NCBI GenBank assembly: GCA_965219565.1
Contig: OZ244780.1
Span: forward strand, 174,287 to 238,286
Origin: Dehalococcoidia bacterium
Lineage (GTDB): Bacteria > Chloroflexota > Dehalococcoidia > Lucifugimonadales > JAGWBF01
Reading direction: 5' to 3'
DNA: 64,000 bases
The position numbers and the translations under genes are program-made. Under the pieces are notes generated by a model that made no database searches, was not told where the DNA came from, and worked only from the letters and a program-made list of their open reading frames with translations. Below are positions 45,068-54,891 of this stretch, one piece after another (position 1 is the stretch's first letter; every line of letters starts with the position of its first letter).

Positions 45068-45982
45068 CTATGTGAACTGGGCGGCCACTTGGCCCAGAAA
45101 GCGGTCCAGTTGTTCTTCAGGATGGAAGGAGGCGAAACGCATCACCAGTGTGCCCGCCCCGGCGTCCACGTAGCGCGACATCCGTTCCGAAATCTGTTCG
45201 GCGGGCCCGAAGGGACCCCACCTAGTACCCCATATATTGGAGCCGTAGTACATGGTCAGGTACTCTTCCGCCTCCCGAGTTGCCTGCTCAGGATCGTCGT
45301 TGATGTTGACGGTCATGTAGAAGACGGGCTCCATCCGGTGATAGTCGCGTCCCATCTCCTCTGTGTATGTGCGGATTTTGGCGCAGAGCAGGGCGTACTC
45401 ATCAGGAGTGTCGGAAATGGAGATGAAGCCGTCGCCCAGCCTGGCCACGCGCTTATACTGGGCCTCGCGCTGTGCCCTGTAGTGGGCGGCGATCAGAATG
45501 GGGACTCCGCCACTCTGAACGGGCAGAGGTTCCATGCTGACGGACCGCAGCTGAAAGTGGCGGCCGTCGTGGTCCAGGGGTTCCCCAGAGCCCAGTCCCT
45601 TCAGGATGGTCACCGTCTCTTCGAGCCTGGAGGCGCGGCGTTTCGGGTCAACTCCGGCAGCTTCCCACTCCCGTTGTTGGGCTTCGTTGAAAGCCCCGCC
45701 GACGGCCACGCCCAACAAGGCCCTTCCCCGGGAAATCACGTCGAGGGTTGCAGCCGCCTGCGCCAGTTGCACCGGGTGTCGCAGCGACGCCAGGAGAGCC
45801 GCCGTTCCCAGCCGGACTCGTTGGGTCACCGCCGCCGCCGCTCCAAGGGTCGTGATGGGGTCGAGGCGAGGCTTGGCGGTAAGACTGTCTCCCACCCATA
45901 CGGAGTCGAAACCGGCCTCGTCGGCGGCCTTGGCTAGGGACAACGTCAATTCCGCGTCGGGAGGGCGGCCGTTGGCGGCCAT
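45068..45982 (-). CDS. LLM-class (luciferase-like) F420-dependent oxidoreductase; true start probably upstream
   Basis: Contains EAGFDSVWVGDSL and sits next to cof genes. The conserved N-terminal strand LGLLLPTRG lies in frame upstream of the first ATG. Confidence 0.8.
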   Translation of the reverse strand: MAANGRPPDAELTLSLAKAADEAGFDSVWVGDSLTAKPRLDPITTLGAAAAVTQRVRLGTAALLASLRHPVQLAQAAATLDVISRGRALLGVAVGGAFNEAQQREWEAAGVDPKRRASRLEETVTILKGLGSGEPLDHDGRHFQLRSVSMEPLPVQSGGVPILIAAHYRAQREAQYKRVARLGDGFISISDTPDEYALLCAKIRTYTEEMGRDYHRMEPVFYMTVNINDDPEQATREAEEYLTMYYGSNIWGTRWGPFGPAEQISERMSRYVDAGAGTLVMRFASFHPEEQLDRFLGQVAAQFT

Positions 45983-46090
45983 GACTAGCCCGCGAGTTGG
46001 AAGCAGCAGGCCCAGCCTCGGCTTGAGGCGGCCCGGTTCAGGCAGAGACGAGATGGTGGCTCCTCCCCTTTGGGGTGCAGGCCGTAAGGA

Positions 46091-46273
46091 CTACTGCTTC
46101 CAGGAAACGGCCCAGTCGGCGGTGAGCCCGTGTTCGGTGTGGTTGATCGTCTGCTGCTCGAAGATCCTTATGGCCGCAGTCCTCAAGTTAGCGTCCGCGG
46201 GGTCGGCTGTCGCGGACAGCATGTGTCCACACAGTCGGCAGGTAATTTCTATCTTGGCCATGTCGGTGCCCAC
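46091..46273 (-). CDS. 60-aa hypothetical protein
   Basis: ORF starts 3 nt after the cofC stop, with host-like codon bias. No family recognised. Confidence 0.4.
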   Translation of the reverse strand: MGTDMAKIEITCRLCGHMLSATADPADANLRTAAIRIFEQQTINHTEHGLTADWAVSWKQ

Positions 46274-46276
46274 CTC

Positions 46277-46951
46277 TCAGTTGGTCTTTGGACAGCGTTG
46301 GTCTAATTGGCCGGGAATAAACCCGGGCTTTTTGGTCTCGCAGGCCTCCAAGTCGGCGGGCGTGTCCAAATCGAAGGCGAGTCCGATGCTGTAGTATATC
46401 GCAACGGGGATTCGTAGAAAACCCGCTTGCTCCAGGTGGAGCTTGAAGCTGTCAGGACCCATCTTGAAGCTGAACGTGTCGGCCAGTTGCGGAGGCAGAA
46501 GAATCCCGTTGGTGCCGCCGTCATTGCCGGCTGGCGCCAGCGTCAGGTTCTTGAGATTCCCCGATGCCTCCAGCATCCCGTGAACGTCCTCGGCGGTGAG
46601 CAGAGGCAGGTCGGCGGGCAGGAACAGCCCCGCCCTTCCCGATTCCGCCGCCCGGCGGAATCCCAGGGTCAGGGCGTCGTTGAGGCCCTGACCACCGTCG
46701 TTCAGCCATACGGCGTCTTCCGACTCCGTGGCTTCCTTGACCTCCTGGTCTCCTCCCACAACCCAGGTCTCGTCTATGGAGGGGCCGCGGACGGAACTGA
46801 TCCTGGCTTGGGTGACTGTCTTGAGAACGTGTACAAGCAAGTCCAGCGTAAGGGACTTTCGCTGAGGCGCTGATAGGCGGCTTTCCAGGCGCGTCTTAGC
46901 CTGGTCCAGGGGTTTCATGGGAATTATGACTTCAACAGTCGATGCGCTCAC
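46277..46951 (-). CDS. cofC: 2-phospho-L-lactate / PEP guanylyltransferase CofC (FbiD)
   Basis: VIIPMKPLDQAKTRL...LFLPADLPLL, adjacent to cofD. Confidence 0.8.
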   Translation of the reverse strand: MSASTVEVIIPMKPLDQAKTRLESRLSAPQRKSLTLDLLVHVLKTVTQARISSVRGPSIDETWVVGGDQEVKEATESEDAVWLNDGGQGLNDALTLGFRRAAESGRAGLFLPADLPLLTAEDVHGMLEASGNLKNLTLAPAGNDGGTNGILLPPQLADTFSFKMGPDSFKLHLEQAGFLRIPVAIYYSIGLAFDLDTPADLEACETKKPGFIPGQLDQRCPKTN

Positions 46952-46961
46952 TCCCCCGCTC

Positions 46962-47924
46962 CTACCCCTGACGCCGGTCCAACGGACTTACGGACTCGGC
47001 GATGTCTAGGATGCGCATGGCCAACCGTGTCTTGTCCCAGTCCGTCTCCATAACCGTAGGCGCTGTCTCGGCCCGCATTCCCAGCCGCTCGATCGCCGGA
47101 CCGTGGGCTTCATCCACTTCGTCTATCACGAACACGTCGCAGATGTCCGCGTATTGCCGTGCAACTCCGACGCACGAGACATCGTGGCCCAGTTCCTCCA
47201 GCAACTTAGCCGCCGGACCCCGCAACGCCTCGCCGCCGACGATGGGACTGATTGCAATCCGGGGGCCTGTGAATCCGCTGACGGCCTCCCGAACTCCTTG
47301 CACCGCGAGGATGGGGGCCACGCTGAGGAATGGGTTGGAGGGCGCGAACACCAGGACATCCGCCGTTTCAAGGGCGGTCTGGAATCCAGGACTGGGAACA
47401 GCTCCGGCGCTGTCGTCGAACCGTATCCGGTGTGCCTTAGGCTCACATCTCCGCTGCACGAAATACACCTGGAAGGGCAGCTCTCCCTCGTCTGTGTCCA
47501 CCACCGTCCGCAGGGGGGCGTTGGTCATGGGCACGATGGGATGGCGGATGCCCAACAGGCTGCACAACTCCCTGGTCACGTCCGATAGACTGTAACCCTC
47601 GTTTAATAATTGGGTGCGTTTTATGTGGGTCGCCAGGTCCTTGTCCCCCAGGTTAAACCAGGTGGGATTGCCGAAGCGGCCCAGCATACCGAGGGTTTGG
47701 AAGGTGTCTCCCGCCACCCCCCATCCTGTCACGGTGTTGGTCAAGCCTGCCAGGGCGTACATGACGGTGTCCAGATCAGGGGATACGTGGAGGCCGTGGA
47801 AAGTCTCGTCGTCGCCGGTGTTGACTACAATGGTGAGCCTTTCCGGCGGAAGCGCGTGGGACAGGCCCAGCGCCAGCTTGGCTCCGCCGACTCCGCCTGC
47901 CAGAGCCAGGACTGAGCGGGTCAT
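46962..47924 (-). CDS. cofD: 2-phospho-L-lactate transferase CofD (FbiA)
   Basis: Motifs LAGGVGGAKLALGL and NTGDDETFHGLHVSPDLDT. Confidence 0.88.
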   Translation of the reverse strand: MTRSVLALAGGVGGAKLALGLSHALPPERLTIVVNTGDDETFHGLHVSPDLDTVMYALAGLTNTVTGWGVAGDTFQTLGMLGRFGNPTWFNLGDKDLATHIKRTQLLNEGYSLSDVTRELCSLLGIRHPIVPMTNAPLRTVVDTDEGELPFQVYFVQRRCEPKAHRIRFDDSAGAVPSPGFQTALETADVLVFAPSNPFLSVAPILAVQGVREAVSGFTGPRIAISPIVGGEALRGPAAKLLEELGHDVSCVGVARQYADICDVFVIDEVDEAHGPAIERLGMRAETAPTVMETDWDKTRLAMRILDIAESVSPLDRRQG

Positions 47925-47982
47925 GTCCCTGCGTTGAGGCGGTCCCGGTAACCTCTTCCTTGGTGAGCCGAGACCCTCAGGC

Positions 47983-49284
47983 TTACTCTCCCGGACCCGA
48001 CGCTCCCCCGGAGTGGCGTGGGTGTTGGAAGCGGAAGTTGTCCATCTTTATCAGATTGAAATAGGAACCGAACCTCGAAGGGTCTTCCACCAGGTCCAGC
48101 GGGTCCAGCGGCTCGTCCTCACTGTCGAACACTTTTATCAGGTCGTAGACGGTGCTCCGTTCGGCGGGCGCCTTGCCGGCGTTGCGGATTAGTTCCCGGA
48201 ACTGGCTGGGCTTCACCAGCTGTCCGTACTGCGCCCCCGCCGACGTTGAGATGCTCTCATTGATGAGGGTGCCTCCCAGGTCGTTGACACCGGCGTTGAG
48301 CATCACTTGGGAGAAGCGGAGGCTCTCCTTGACCCAAGACACCTGCAGGTTGGGGATGCAGTTGTCCAGCATCAGCCGGGATATTGCGTGCACCTTGAGT
48401 ACGTCGTTGCCGGAGGGTCCTGTGCGCACGTTGTCCACAAGGCTCTTGCTGTACATGGGAGCCTCGGAGTAGACGAAGCTTAGCGGTACAAACTCGGTGA
48501 ACCCGCCCGTGCCCTTCTGAATGTCCCGTATCTTGGCGATGTGCCGGGCGACGTGCTCCGGGGTCTCCACGTGGCCGTACATGATGGTGGAGGTGGTGGG
48601 AATGCCCAGCTCATGGGCCGTGGTGATAACCTCTACCCACTGGTCTACGGTGATGCGGCCAGGGGATATGCGGTCCCGCATCTCCTGGTCCAGTATCTCC
48701 GCAGAGGTCCCGGGTAGGCTGCCTACGCCTGCGTCCCTCAGCCCTATTAGGTAGTCCTTGATGGTGCATTTAGAGCGTACCGAACCATACAAGACCTCCT
48801 CCGGAGAGAAGCCGTGGACGTGGATTTCGGGAAGCTCCGACTTTATGGCCTCGCACAGCTTGATGTATAGGTCTCCTTCCATCTGGGGAGGGAGTCCGGC
48901 CTGGACGCACACCTCGGTGGCGCCCAGGTCCCAAGCCTCTTTGGCCCGGCGGATAACCTCGCTGACAGGCAGGAAGTACCCTTCTTCCTCACGATGGTCG
49001 CGGCTGAAGGCGCAGAAGCCGCACCGCTTGATGCACACGTTGGTGAAGTTGATGTTCCGGTTGACGACGTAGGTGACGATGTCGCCGACCCGTCGTCTCC
49101 GCAACTCGTCCGCCGCCATCACCAGTGCGTTTAGCTCCAGCCCGGAGGCGTCGAATAGAAAGACCGCATCATCCACCGAGATGTCGTGACCGTCCAGGGC
49201 CGAGCCAAGGATTCGGGCCACCCCGGTGTCGATGCCCTTCAGCATGTGCTCAAGGGCGTGTCCGTTGCCGTTGTTAGATGTCAT
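47983..49284 (-). CDS. cofH: FO synthase subunit 2 CofH (radical SAM)
   Basis: NINFTNVCIKRCGFCAFSR (CxxxCxxC). Confidence 0.85.
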   Translation of the reverse strand: MTSNNGNGHALEHMLKGIDTGVARILGSALDGHDISVDDAVFLFDASGLELNALVMAADELRRRRVGDIVTYVVNRNINFTNVCIKRCGFCAFSRDHREEEGYFLPVSEVIRRAKEAWDLGATEVCVQAGLPPQMEGDLYIKLCEAIKSELPEIHVHGFSPEEVLYGSVRSKCTIKDYLIGLRDAGVGSLPGTSAEILDQEMRDRISPGRITVDQWVEVITTAHELGIPTTSTIMYGHVETPEHVARHIAKIRDIQKGTGGFTEFVPLSFVYSEAPMYSKSLVDNVRTGPSGNDVLKVHAISRLMLDNCIPNLQVSWVKESLRFSQVMLNAGVNDLGGTLINESISTSAGAQYGQLVKPSQFRELIRNAGKAPAERSTVYDLIKVFDSEDEPLDPLDLVEDPSRFGSYFNLIKMDNFRFQHPRHSGGASGPGE

Positions 49285-50608
49285 AGCGGTCTATGCCCCC
49301 TTTCACGTACCCCTCGTCGTCGGAAAGGGAGAAGACCCGTTCTCGGAGGGACTCAGGGATGAATTCGTCGCCGCCAGTGATGTATTCAGGATAGACGGGC
49401 AGGCGCGGCCTCAGGTTGAAACCCAGCGCCTCGGTGTTCTGACGGAGGTCAGCTATCTGGGGCCACGGGGCTTCGGGGTTCACGAAGTCGATGGTTAGGG
49501 GAGAGACGCCTCCCCAGTCGTTTATTCCGGCCATAAGGTATATGGGATAGTCGTCGTAGCTCAGGTTGGGGGGCACCTGCAGGTTCACGGTGGGCCCGAG
49601 AATGAGGCGGGCCGCAGCGGTCGTCCACAGCAGGTCCTCCGTGGAGGCGTCCATCTGGTCGGCCATAGGAGTCTGCGGCTTGGCTCGGAAGTTCTGGATG
49701 ATGACTTCCTGTATGTGGCCGTAACGCCGGTGAAGTTCCCGGAGCTCCAGCAGGGACTCCACCCGCTCCCGGCGGGTCTCTCCTATGCCTATCAGAATTC
49801 CGGTTGTGAAGGCCACCTTTTGCTCTCCGGCTATCTCCAGCGTCTTGACCCGTACCGTGGGCCTCTTGCTGGGAGCGTGTTCATGGGGGCCGCCCGCCTC
49901 TGAAAGCCGAGGGCTGAGGCTCTCCACCATGATTCCCATGGATGCGTTCACGTCGCGCAGGTGCGCCATTTCCCGGCGGCTCATGGTTCCAGGATTGGCG
50001 TGGGGCAGCAAGGAGGTCTCATCCAGCACCAGCTTGCTCACGTGGGCCAGGTAGTCCAGGGTGGTCTTGAAGCCGTGGGACTTCAGCCACTCGCCAGCTT
50101 CGGGATACCGTTGCTCCGGGCGTTCTCCCAGCGTGAACAGGGCTTCCGTGCATCCTAACTCGGCCCCCTTCCGGGCCACGTCCAGGACCTCCGACGGGGT
50201 CATGTAGAGCCTGGAGGCTTGGTCGGGGGACTGCCGGAAGGTGCAATAGCCGCAGAAGTCGCGGCACAAGTGGGTTAGTGGAATGAACACCTTGGGCGAG
50301 AAAGTGACGTCCCGCCCTCGGCCCTGGTCTCGGATGATGGACGCGACTCGGCAAAGATGGGCCAGGTCCGGGGCGTCAGAGTCTACGAATGTGAAACACT
50401 GCTCCGGAGACAGGTCTTCTCCATGAAGGGCGGCGTCCAGCGCCTTCTGCACAGGGCCGGAGGCCCCGGTCGCAGGCGCGTCCTCAAATGCCAGGAGGTC
50501 GGCCGCCCGCCGGGGACCCGGACGGTCCGCAGTGGGCGCCAGGGGCGTTGTCGGTCTAGATCCGGAGTGTGACATATCTCTCGCAGAGCAGAATGTGTGG
50601 TCAGGCAT
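49274..50608 (-). CDS. cofG: FO synthase subunit 1 CofG (radical SAM); start uncertain
   Basis: IPLTHLCRDFCGYCTFR. Overlaps cofH by 11 nt. Confidence 0.85.
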   Translation of the reverse strand: MPDHTFCSARDMSHSGSRPTTPLAPTADRPGPRRAADLLAFEDAPATGASGPVQKALDAALHGEDLSPEQCFTFVDSDAPDLAHLCRVASIIRDQGRGRDVTFSPKVFIPLTHLCRDFCGYCTFRQSPDQASRLYMTPSEVLDVARKGAELGCTEALFTLGERPEQRYPEAGEWLKSHGFKTTLDYLAHVSKLVLDETSLLPHANPGTMSRREMAHLRDVNASMGIMVESLSPRLSEAGGPHEHAPSKRPTVRVKTLEIAGEQKVAFTTGILIGIGETRRERVESLLELRELHRRYGHIQEVIIQNFRAKPQTPMADQMDASTEDLLWTTAAARLILGPTVNLQVPPNLSYDDYPIYLMAGINDWGGVSPLTIDFVNPEAPWPQIADLRQNTEALGFNLRPRLPVYPEYITGGDEFIPESLRERVFSLSDDEGYVKGGIDRYDI

Positions 50609-50649
50609 ACAATTCTACATGCAACGGTTGACGCCGTGAATACAGGACT

Positions 50650-51333
50650 CTACGGCCTCGGCGTGTAATCGGTGGGCCTCATCAGGTAGGCTTGGTAGTC
50701 CACCAGTATGGGGCCGTCCTTCTCCGAGTCGTCCCGGGCTTTGTGCCATTCCGGGTCGGTTACCATCCCGATCCAGTTCTCCTCCCGTTTCGCGATGCTC
50801 TCGAAGCTCAGCATCCACACAATGCGGTTGTTTGTGCCCACGTCGTCCGTCCAGAACCCGACGGTCTCCATGCCGTGTTTCTGGAGCAGGCCGATGGCGT
50901 GATTGGCGAAACGGGCGTGGAGGTTGGGCAGCTTTCCGGGGACCGCGTTGTAGTAGCGCAGCTCAACTACGTTGGACTTGTCGCTCCAATGGGGCGACGG
51001 AAAGTAGTCGGTGCAACGCATCAGGGTGTTGTGCACCCTGGAAGTCAGGGGGCCATCGACTTCAGAGGCGGCCCGCGCCTCCAGCCATTCCGGGTCCCGC
51101 TGGAAAGAGCCCCAGATTCGCTCCCGCTCGGCCATGTTCTCAAAAGTGGTCACGTAGATGAGGCGCATGTTGGCGTTGTTGGCCATGGCAGACATGTTGA
51201 CCTCTTCCGTCCAGAAGCCGAATATGCCCACCCCATGCTTCTGGAACAGGCCGATGGTGTGGTCAGAGAAACGCCGGTGCAAGGCGTCAAATTTGCCGGG
51301 AGCGGGTTCGTATATCCGAAGCTCGTAAATCAT
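50650..51333 (-). CDS. Double-NIPSNAP-domain protein (paralogue 1)
   Basis: MIYELRIYEPAPGK...FWTEE and a second VVELRYYNAVPGK...FWTDD. Confidence 0.8.
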   Translation of the reverse strand: MIYELRIYEPAPGKFDALHRRFSDHTIGLFQKHGVGIFGFWTEEVNMSAMANNANMRLIYVTTFENMAERERIWGSFQRDPEWLEARAASEVDGPLTSRVHNTLMRCTDYFPSPHWSDKSNVVELRYYNAVPGKLPNLHARFANHAIGLLQKHGMETVGFWTDDVGTNNRIVWMLSFESIAKREENWIGMVTDPEWHKARDDSEKDGPILVDYQAYLMRPTDYTPRP

Positions 51334-51350
51334 AGCTGCCTCCCTGATGT

Positions 51351-51385
51351 CCCCTCTCCCTCTGGGAGAGGGCTGGGGTGAGGGC
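51351..51385. repeat. REP-like palindromic unit
   Basis: CCCCTCTCCCTCTGGGAGAGGGCTGGGGTGAGGGC. Confidence 0.6.
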
Positions 51386-51394
51386 CGTCGCTCT

Positions 51395-52057
51395 CTATCT
51401 GCCTATCCCCGTCGGACTCATTATGCGGGTTTCCCAGGACCCTACAATCTCACCGTCTTTGATGGACTCAGCAAGCACGCTGGGCCACTCATCGTCGGTC
51501 CTGAAGGAGTTCCAACACTGTTCTCTGTGGGCCAGGCTGTCGTAGCCCACTATCCAGACCAACCGGGTGGAATCGCCTACCAGCTCTGTCCAGTAGCCCA
51601 CTACGTTCATACCGTGCTTACGGAGCAGCCGGTCCGAGTGGTCTGCGAACCTCCTGTTCAGGGCGGGCAGGTTGCCAGGCGTGGCATAGTAGAATCTCAG
51701 TTCGTGTATAGGATTCACGCTGAAGTCCGGTGTCGGAGAATAGTAAGTGGGCTCCAGGACCACGTTGTCGACCCGCTGTGTGACCCCTTGGAGTTCAACT
51801 CCGTGTTGGGCCGACCTGGGTTGCCATTCAGGGTCGCTGCGAAAGCCTGCCAGCGCCTTGTTTCTTTCCTCAAAGGTCTCGTAGATCCAGAAGTAGGTTA
51901 TCTTGCTGCCGCGGCCTATCACGTCGGTCCAGAAACCGTCGCTCCTTAGGCCGTGCTTCTCGAACAGGCGGTGGGCAAGCCTCAGCCTGTCCACCTCCTT
52001 GGCCTGGTTCCCGGGTGTCGTGTAGTACTCACGAAGCTCGTACAGCATTGGCTCCAC
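51395..52057 (-). CDS. Double-NIPSNAP-domain protein (paralogue 2)
   Basis: MLYELREYYTTPGN...FWTDV and IHELRFYYATPGN...YWTEL. Confidence 0.8.
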   Translation of the reverse strand: MEPMLYELREYYTTPGNQAKEVDRLRLAHRLFEKHGLRSDGFWTDVIGRGSKITYFWIYETFEERNKALAGFRSDPEWQPRSAQHGVELQGVTQRVDNVVLEPTYYSPTPDFSVNPIHELRFYYATPGNLPALNRRFADHSDRLLRKHGMNVVGYWTELVGDSTRLVWIVGYDSLAHREQCWNSFRTDDEWPSVLAESIKDGEIVGSWETRIMSPTGIGR

Positions 52058-52179
52058 CTGTTAAGACTGAATGTTGAATCCGTCCCCACTACGTCTGCGT
52101 TTCGAAGTCAGAGGACCGGGTCTGTGGCTGTCGAAGGGGTAGTGTGACGGGAGCCCTCCAGTTCGGGATTATCTAACCG

Positions 52180-52827
52180 TTAGGAGCGAAGAGGAGCGAG
52201 CATCCGGCTTTCGGGGTACGCCACAAGCTCCCCGTTCTTGGTCGACTCTGCGGACACCCCCGGCCACTCCTCGTCGGTCCTGAAGGAGTTCCAGCACTCC
52301 TCCCGGTGGGCCAGGCTGTCGAACTCGATGACCCACACCAGCTGGTTGGACGTGCCGAAAGCCTCCGTCCAATACCCCAGCACGTTCATTCCGTGCCTGC
52401 GCAAAATCCGGTCGGAGTTGTCCTGGAAGCGGCGGTTCAGGTCTGCCAGCTTCCCCGGCACCGCGTGGTAGATACGGAGTTCGTGGACTTTGCTGAAGTC
52501 GAAGACGGGTTCAGGGGAATATGCCGTAGGCGTCAGCATCTTATTGTGTATCCGGGCCGTGATTTCCCCGTGTTCTGCGCGTTCCCTGTCTGTCAGGTCT
52601 TTCCACTCCTGGTCTGAAACGAAGGAACCCAGTTTGGTGTTCCTCTCGGTCATGTCCTCGTATTTCCACATGTAGGTGACCTGCGGCCCCCGGCCGATTA
52701 TGTCCGTCCAGAAGACGGGAGCATTCAGATCGTGCTTCTTGAAGAGCCGGCCAGCCTCCTTGATATGGCTCTCCAAAGCTGGGCCCTTCCCTGGATTGGC
52801 TTCGTATGTACGCAATTCATAGAGCAT
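52180..52827 (-). CDS. Double-NIPSNAP-domain protein (paralogue 3)
   Basis: MLYELRTYEANPGK...FWTDI and VHELRIYHAVPGK...YWTEA. Confidence 0.8.
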   Translation of the reverse strand: MLYELRTYEANPGKGPALESHIKEAGRLFKKHDLNAPVFWTDIIGRGPQVTYMWKYEDMTERNTKLGSFVSDQEWKDLTDRERAEHGEITARIHNKMLTPTAYSPEPVFDFSKVHELRIYHAVPGKLADLNRRFQDNSDRILRRHGMNVLGYWTEAFGTSNQLVWVIEFDSLAHREECWNSFRTDEEWPGVSAESTKNGELVAYPESRMLAPLRS

Positions 52828-52838
52828 TTTCAGCGTCC

Positions 52839-53867
52839 TTACAGGAGTCTGACCTGAGGCGACGGGGCCTTCTCGGGAAAGTCCCGCCCCAGGTGCGAGT
52901 ATGCCTGCCGTGTGGCCATCCTGCCTCTGGGAGTGCGGTCCAGGAATCCCAACTGAAGAAGGTAAGGCTCGTAGATGTCCATTATCGTGTCGGCGTCCTC
53001 ACCGATGGAAGCTGCCAGGGTGTCCAGCCCCACCGGCCCGCCCGAGAACTTGTCTACGATGCTCTCCAGCAGCCTTTGGTCGATTTGGTCCAGCCCAAGG
53101 GAATCGACCTCCAGCTTGGCAAGCCCTTCGCTGGCGATTTCCCCGGTTATTCTACCATCGGCCATTACCTGTGCATAGTCCCGCGTACGTTTGAGCAGCC
53201 GGTTGGCCACACGCGGCGTGCTGCGGGCCCTTCCCGCTATGGTCGTCACCCCATCCTGGTCGATGTCCACGCCCAGGATGCGGGCCGAACGGTCCACTAT
53301 GGACTCCATGGCGGGCCGGTCGTAGAAGTCCAGCCGGAAGACCGAGCCGAACCGGTCTCTGAGAGGCGGGCTGACCATGCCGTAGCGGGTGGTGGCGCCT
53401 ATCAACGTGAAAGAGTTGATGCGTAGGTTTATGTTCCGGGCGCCCAGCCCTTTCCCGACCACCCAGGAGAGGAAGAAGTCTTCCATGGCCGGGTAGAGCA
53501 CCTCTTCCACGACCCGGGAGAGGCGGTGAATCTCGTCTATGAAGAGGACGTCGCCGGTGTTCAGGCTGGTAAGGATCGCCGCCATGTCCCCGGCCCGCTC
53601 TATGGCCGGGCCGGACGTCACCTTGATGGCGACGGCCATCTCCTGGGCGATGATATGGGCCAGCGTGGTCTTTCCCAGGCCCGGAGGTCCGTAGATGATG
53701 ACGTGGTCCAGCGGATCGCCCCTCATACGGGCGGCCTGCATTGCGATGTTCAGGTTGTCCTTGACGGATTCCTGGCCTACGAAGTCCCTCAGCTGCCTTG
53801 GCCTGAGGGAGGAGTCGAGGGCGTCGTCCTCACCCTGCGACGCCCCGGAGACCAGCCGCTCGGTCAT
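52839..53867 (-). CDS. ruvB: Holliday junction branch-migration helicase RuvB
   Basis: Motifs [20 protein letters not shown], and [18 protein letters not shown]. Confidence 0.92.
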   Translation of the reverse strand: MTERLVSGASQGEDDALDSSLRPRQLRDFVGQESVKDNLNIAMQAARMRGDPLDHVIIYGPPGLGKTTLAHIIAQEMAVAIKVTSGPAIERAGDMAAILTSLNTGDVLFIDEIHRLSRVVEEVLYPAMEDFFLSWVVGKGLGARNINLRINSFTLIGATTRYGMVSPPLRDRFGSVFRLDFYDRPAMESIVDRSARILGVDIDQDGVTTIAGRARSTPRVANRLLKRTRDYAQVMADGRITGEIASEGLAKLEVDSLGLDQIDQRLLESIVDKFSGGPVGLDTLAASIGEDADTIMDIYEPYLLQLGFLDRTPRGRMATRQAYSHLGRDFPEKAPSPQVRLL

Positions 53868-53943
53868 CGGACCGGCGCCTTTGCTTGGACATGGGTCAAC
53901 AGGGTGTCTTTCATCTCATCCGTTGCATCTACGGGTATCGGCG

Positions 53944-54891
53944 TCAAATGATACGGAGCGTATGGTGGAATATCTCGGTTATGAAATCCTCCCAAGCATC
54001 TGCGTCGTTCAGAATGTCGTAGAGCAGGAAGTCCCTGGTGACATGCAGTTCGTTCAGCCGACTTCTCATTGCGGGGGTCACGATGCCAAGAACGGCAAGG
54101 TTCCGGGATCTGATGGGGGTTTGGTCAAAGCTCTTTTGAATGGCACCCAGACGCTCAAGAGCCGCAGCCGGGTCGGTGCCACTCTTTATCTCAACGGTGG
54201 ACACGATTTCCCATTCCCCATCGTTAAGGCTCTCAAACTTGATGTCCGGTTCGGACCCGTAGACCATCCTCACGTTGCCGTCGTGACCGAGCAACGTGGT
54301 TGGCCCTTCGACCACCGAAGGGATTGACTCGTTACGGGCCAACCACTCGGAAATACCGTCTTTCACCGTGGTCTCACCCTCCTGCCCAACGAGGTTCCGC
54401 AACGCTCCGTCTTCAGTGAGGCCGATGGTGACCAGAATATTCCTGTACCCGTTTTCCAGGGTCCACCCGTCCGTCCCGGTGATGATTACCGAGATAACGG
54501 CGTTGTAAATGCGGGCCACATGGAGACACCTTGTAGACGCTGGCGGTCGGCGCAGAGTGCCGTCCTCCCACTTGTTCACCGGGCCAACCAGCAACTGCAC
54601 GCGCTTCAGGGAAAGGGTGGCGATTCCCCGGTAGTGCAGGGAGGTTTGCGGATGGGATTGCAGGAGGTCCGGGTGGGCAAAGACTAACTTGGGGTCAACC
54701 TGCGCCTGGACAATATGCTCCCAAGCCTCCGGCGCAATTGCCAAGTCCTCTAACCGACCCTCAAAGTCAAGCGGGGCGGTGAATTCGCGGATTGTCGCCC
54801 TGACTCCCTTATCGGGGCGCCGCCGGATACTCTCCGAGAGTATCAGTGCCCGTCGTCTGGCCTCTTCTAGGCGGGCGTCCCGGTCAACCAT
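53944..54891 (-). CDS. Type II restriction endonuclease (PD-(D/E)xK)
   Basis: 315 aa with GSEPD-x18-EIK. It overlaps the upstream methyltransferase gene by 8 nt. Hand-counted lines show lower GC. Confidence 0.6.
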   Translation of the reverse strand: MVDRDARLEEARRRALILSESIRRRPDKGVRATIREFTAPLDFEGRLEDLAIAPEAWEHIVQAQVDPKLVFAHPDLLQSHPQTSLHYRGIATLSLKRVQLLVGPVNKWEDGTLRRPPASTRCLHVARIYNAVISVIITGTDGWTLENGYRNILVTIGLTEDGALRNLVGQEGETTVKDGISEWLARNESIPSVVEGPTTLLGHDGNVRMVYGSEPDIKFESLNDGEWEIVSTVEIKSGTDPAAALERLGAIQKSFDQTPIRSRNLAVLGIVTPAMRSRLNELHVTRDFLLYDILNDADAWEDFITEIFHHTLRII

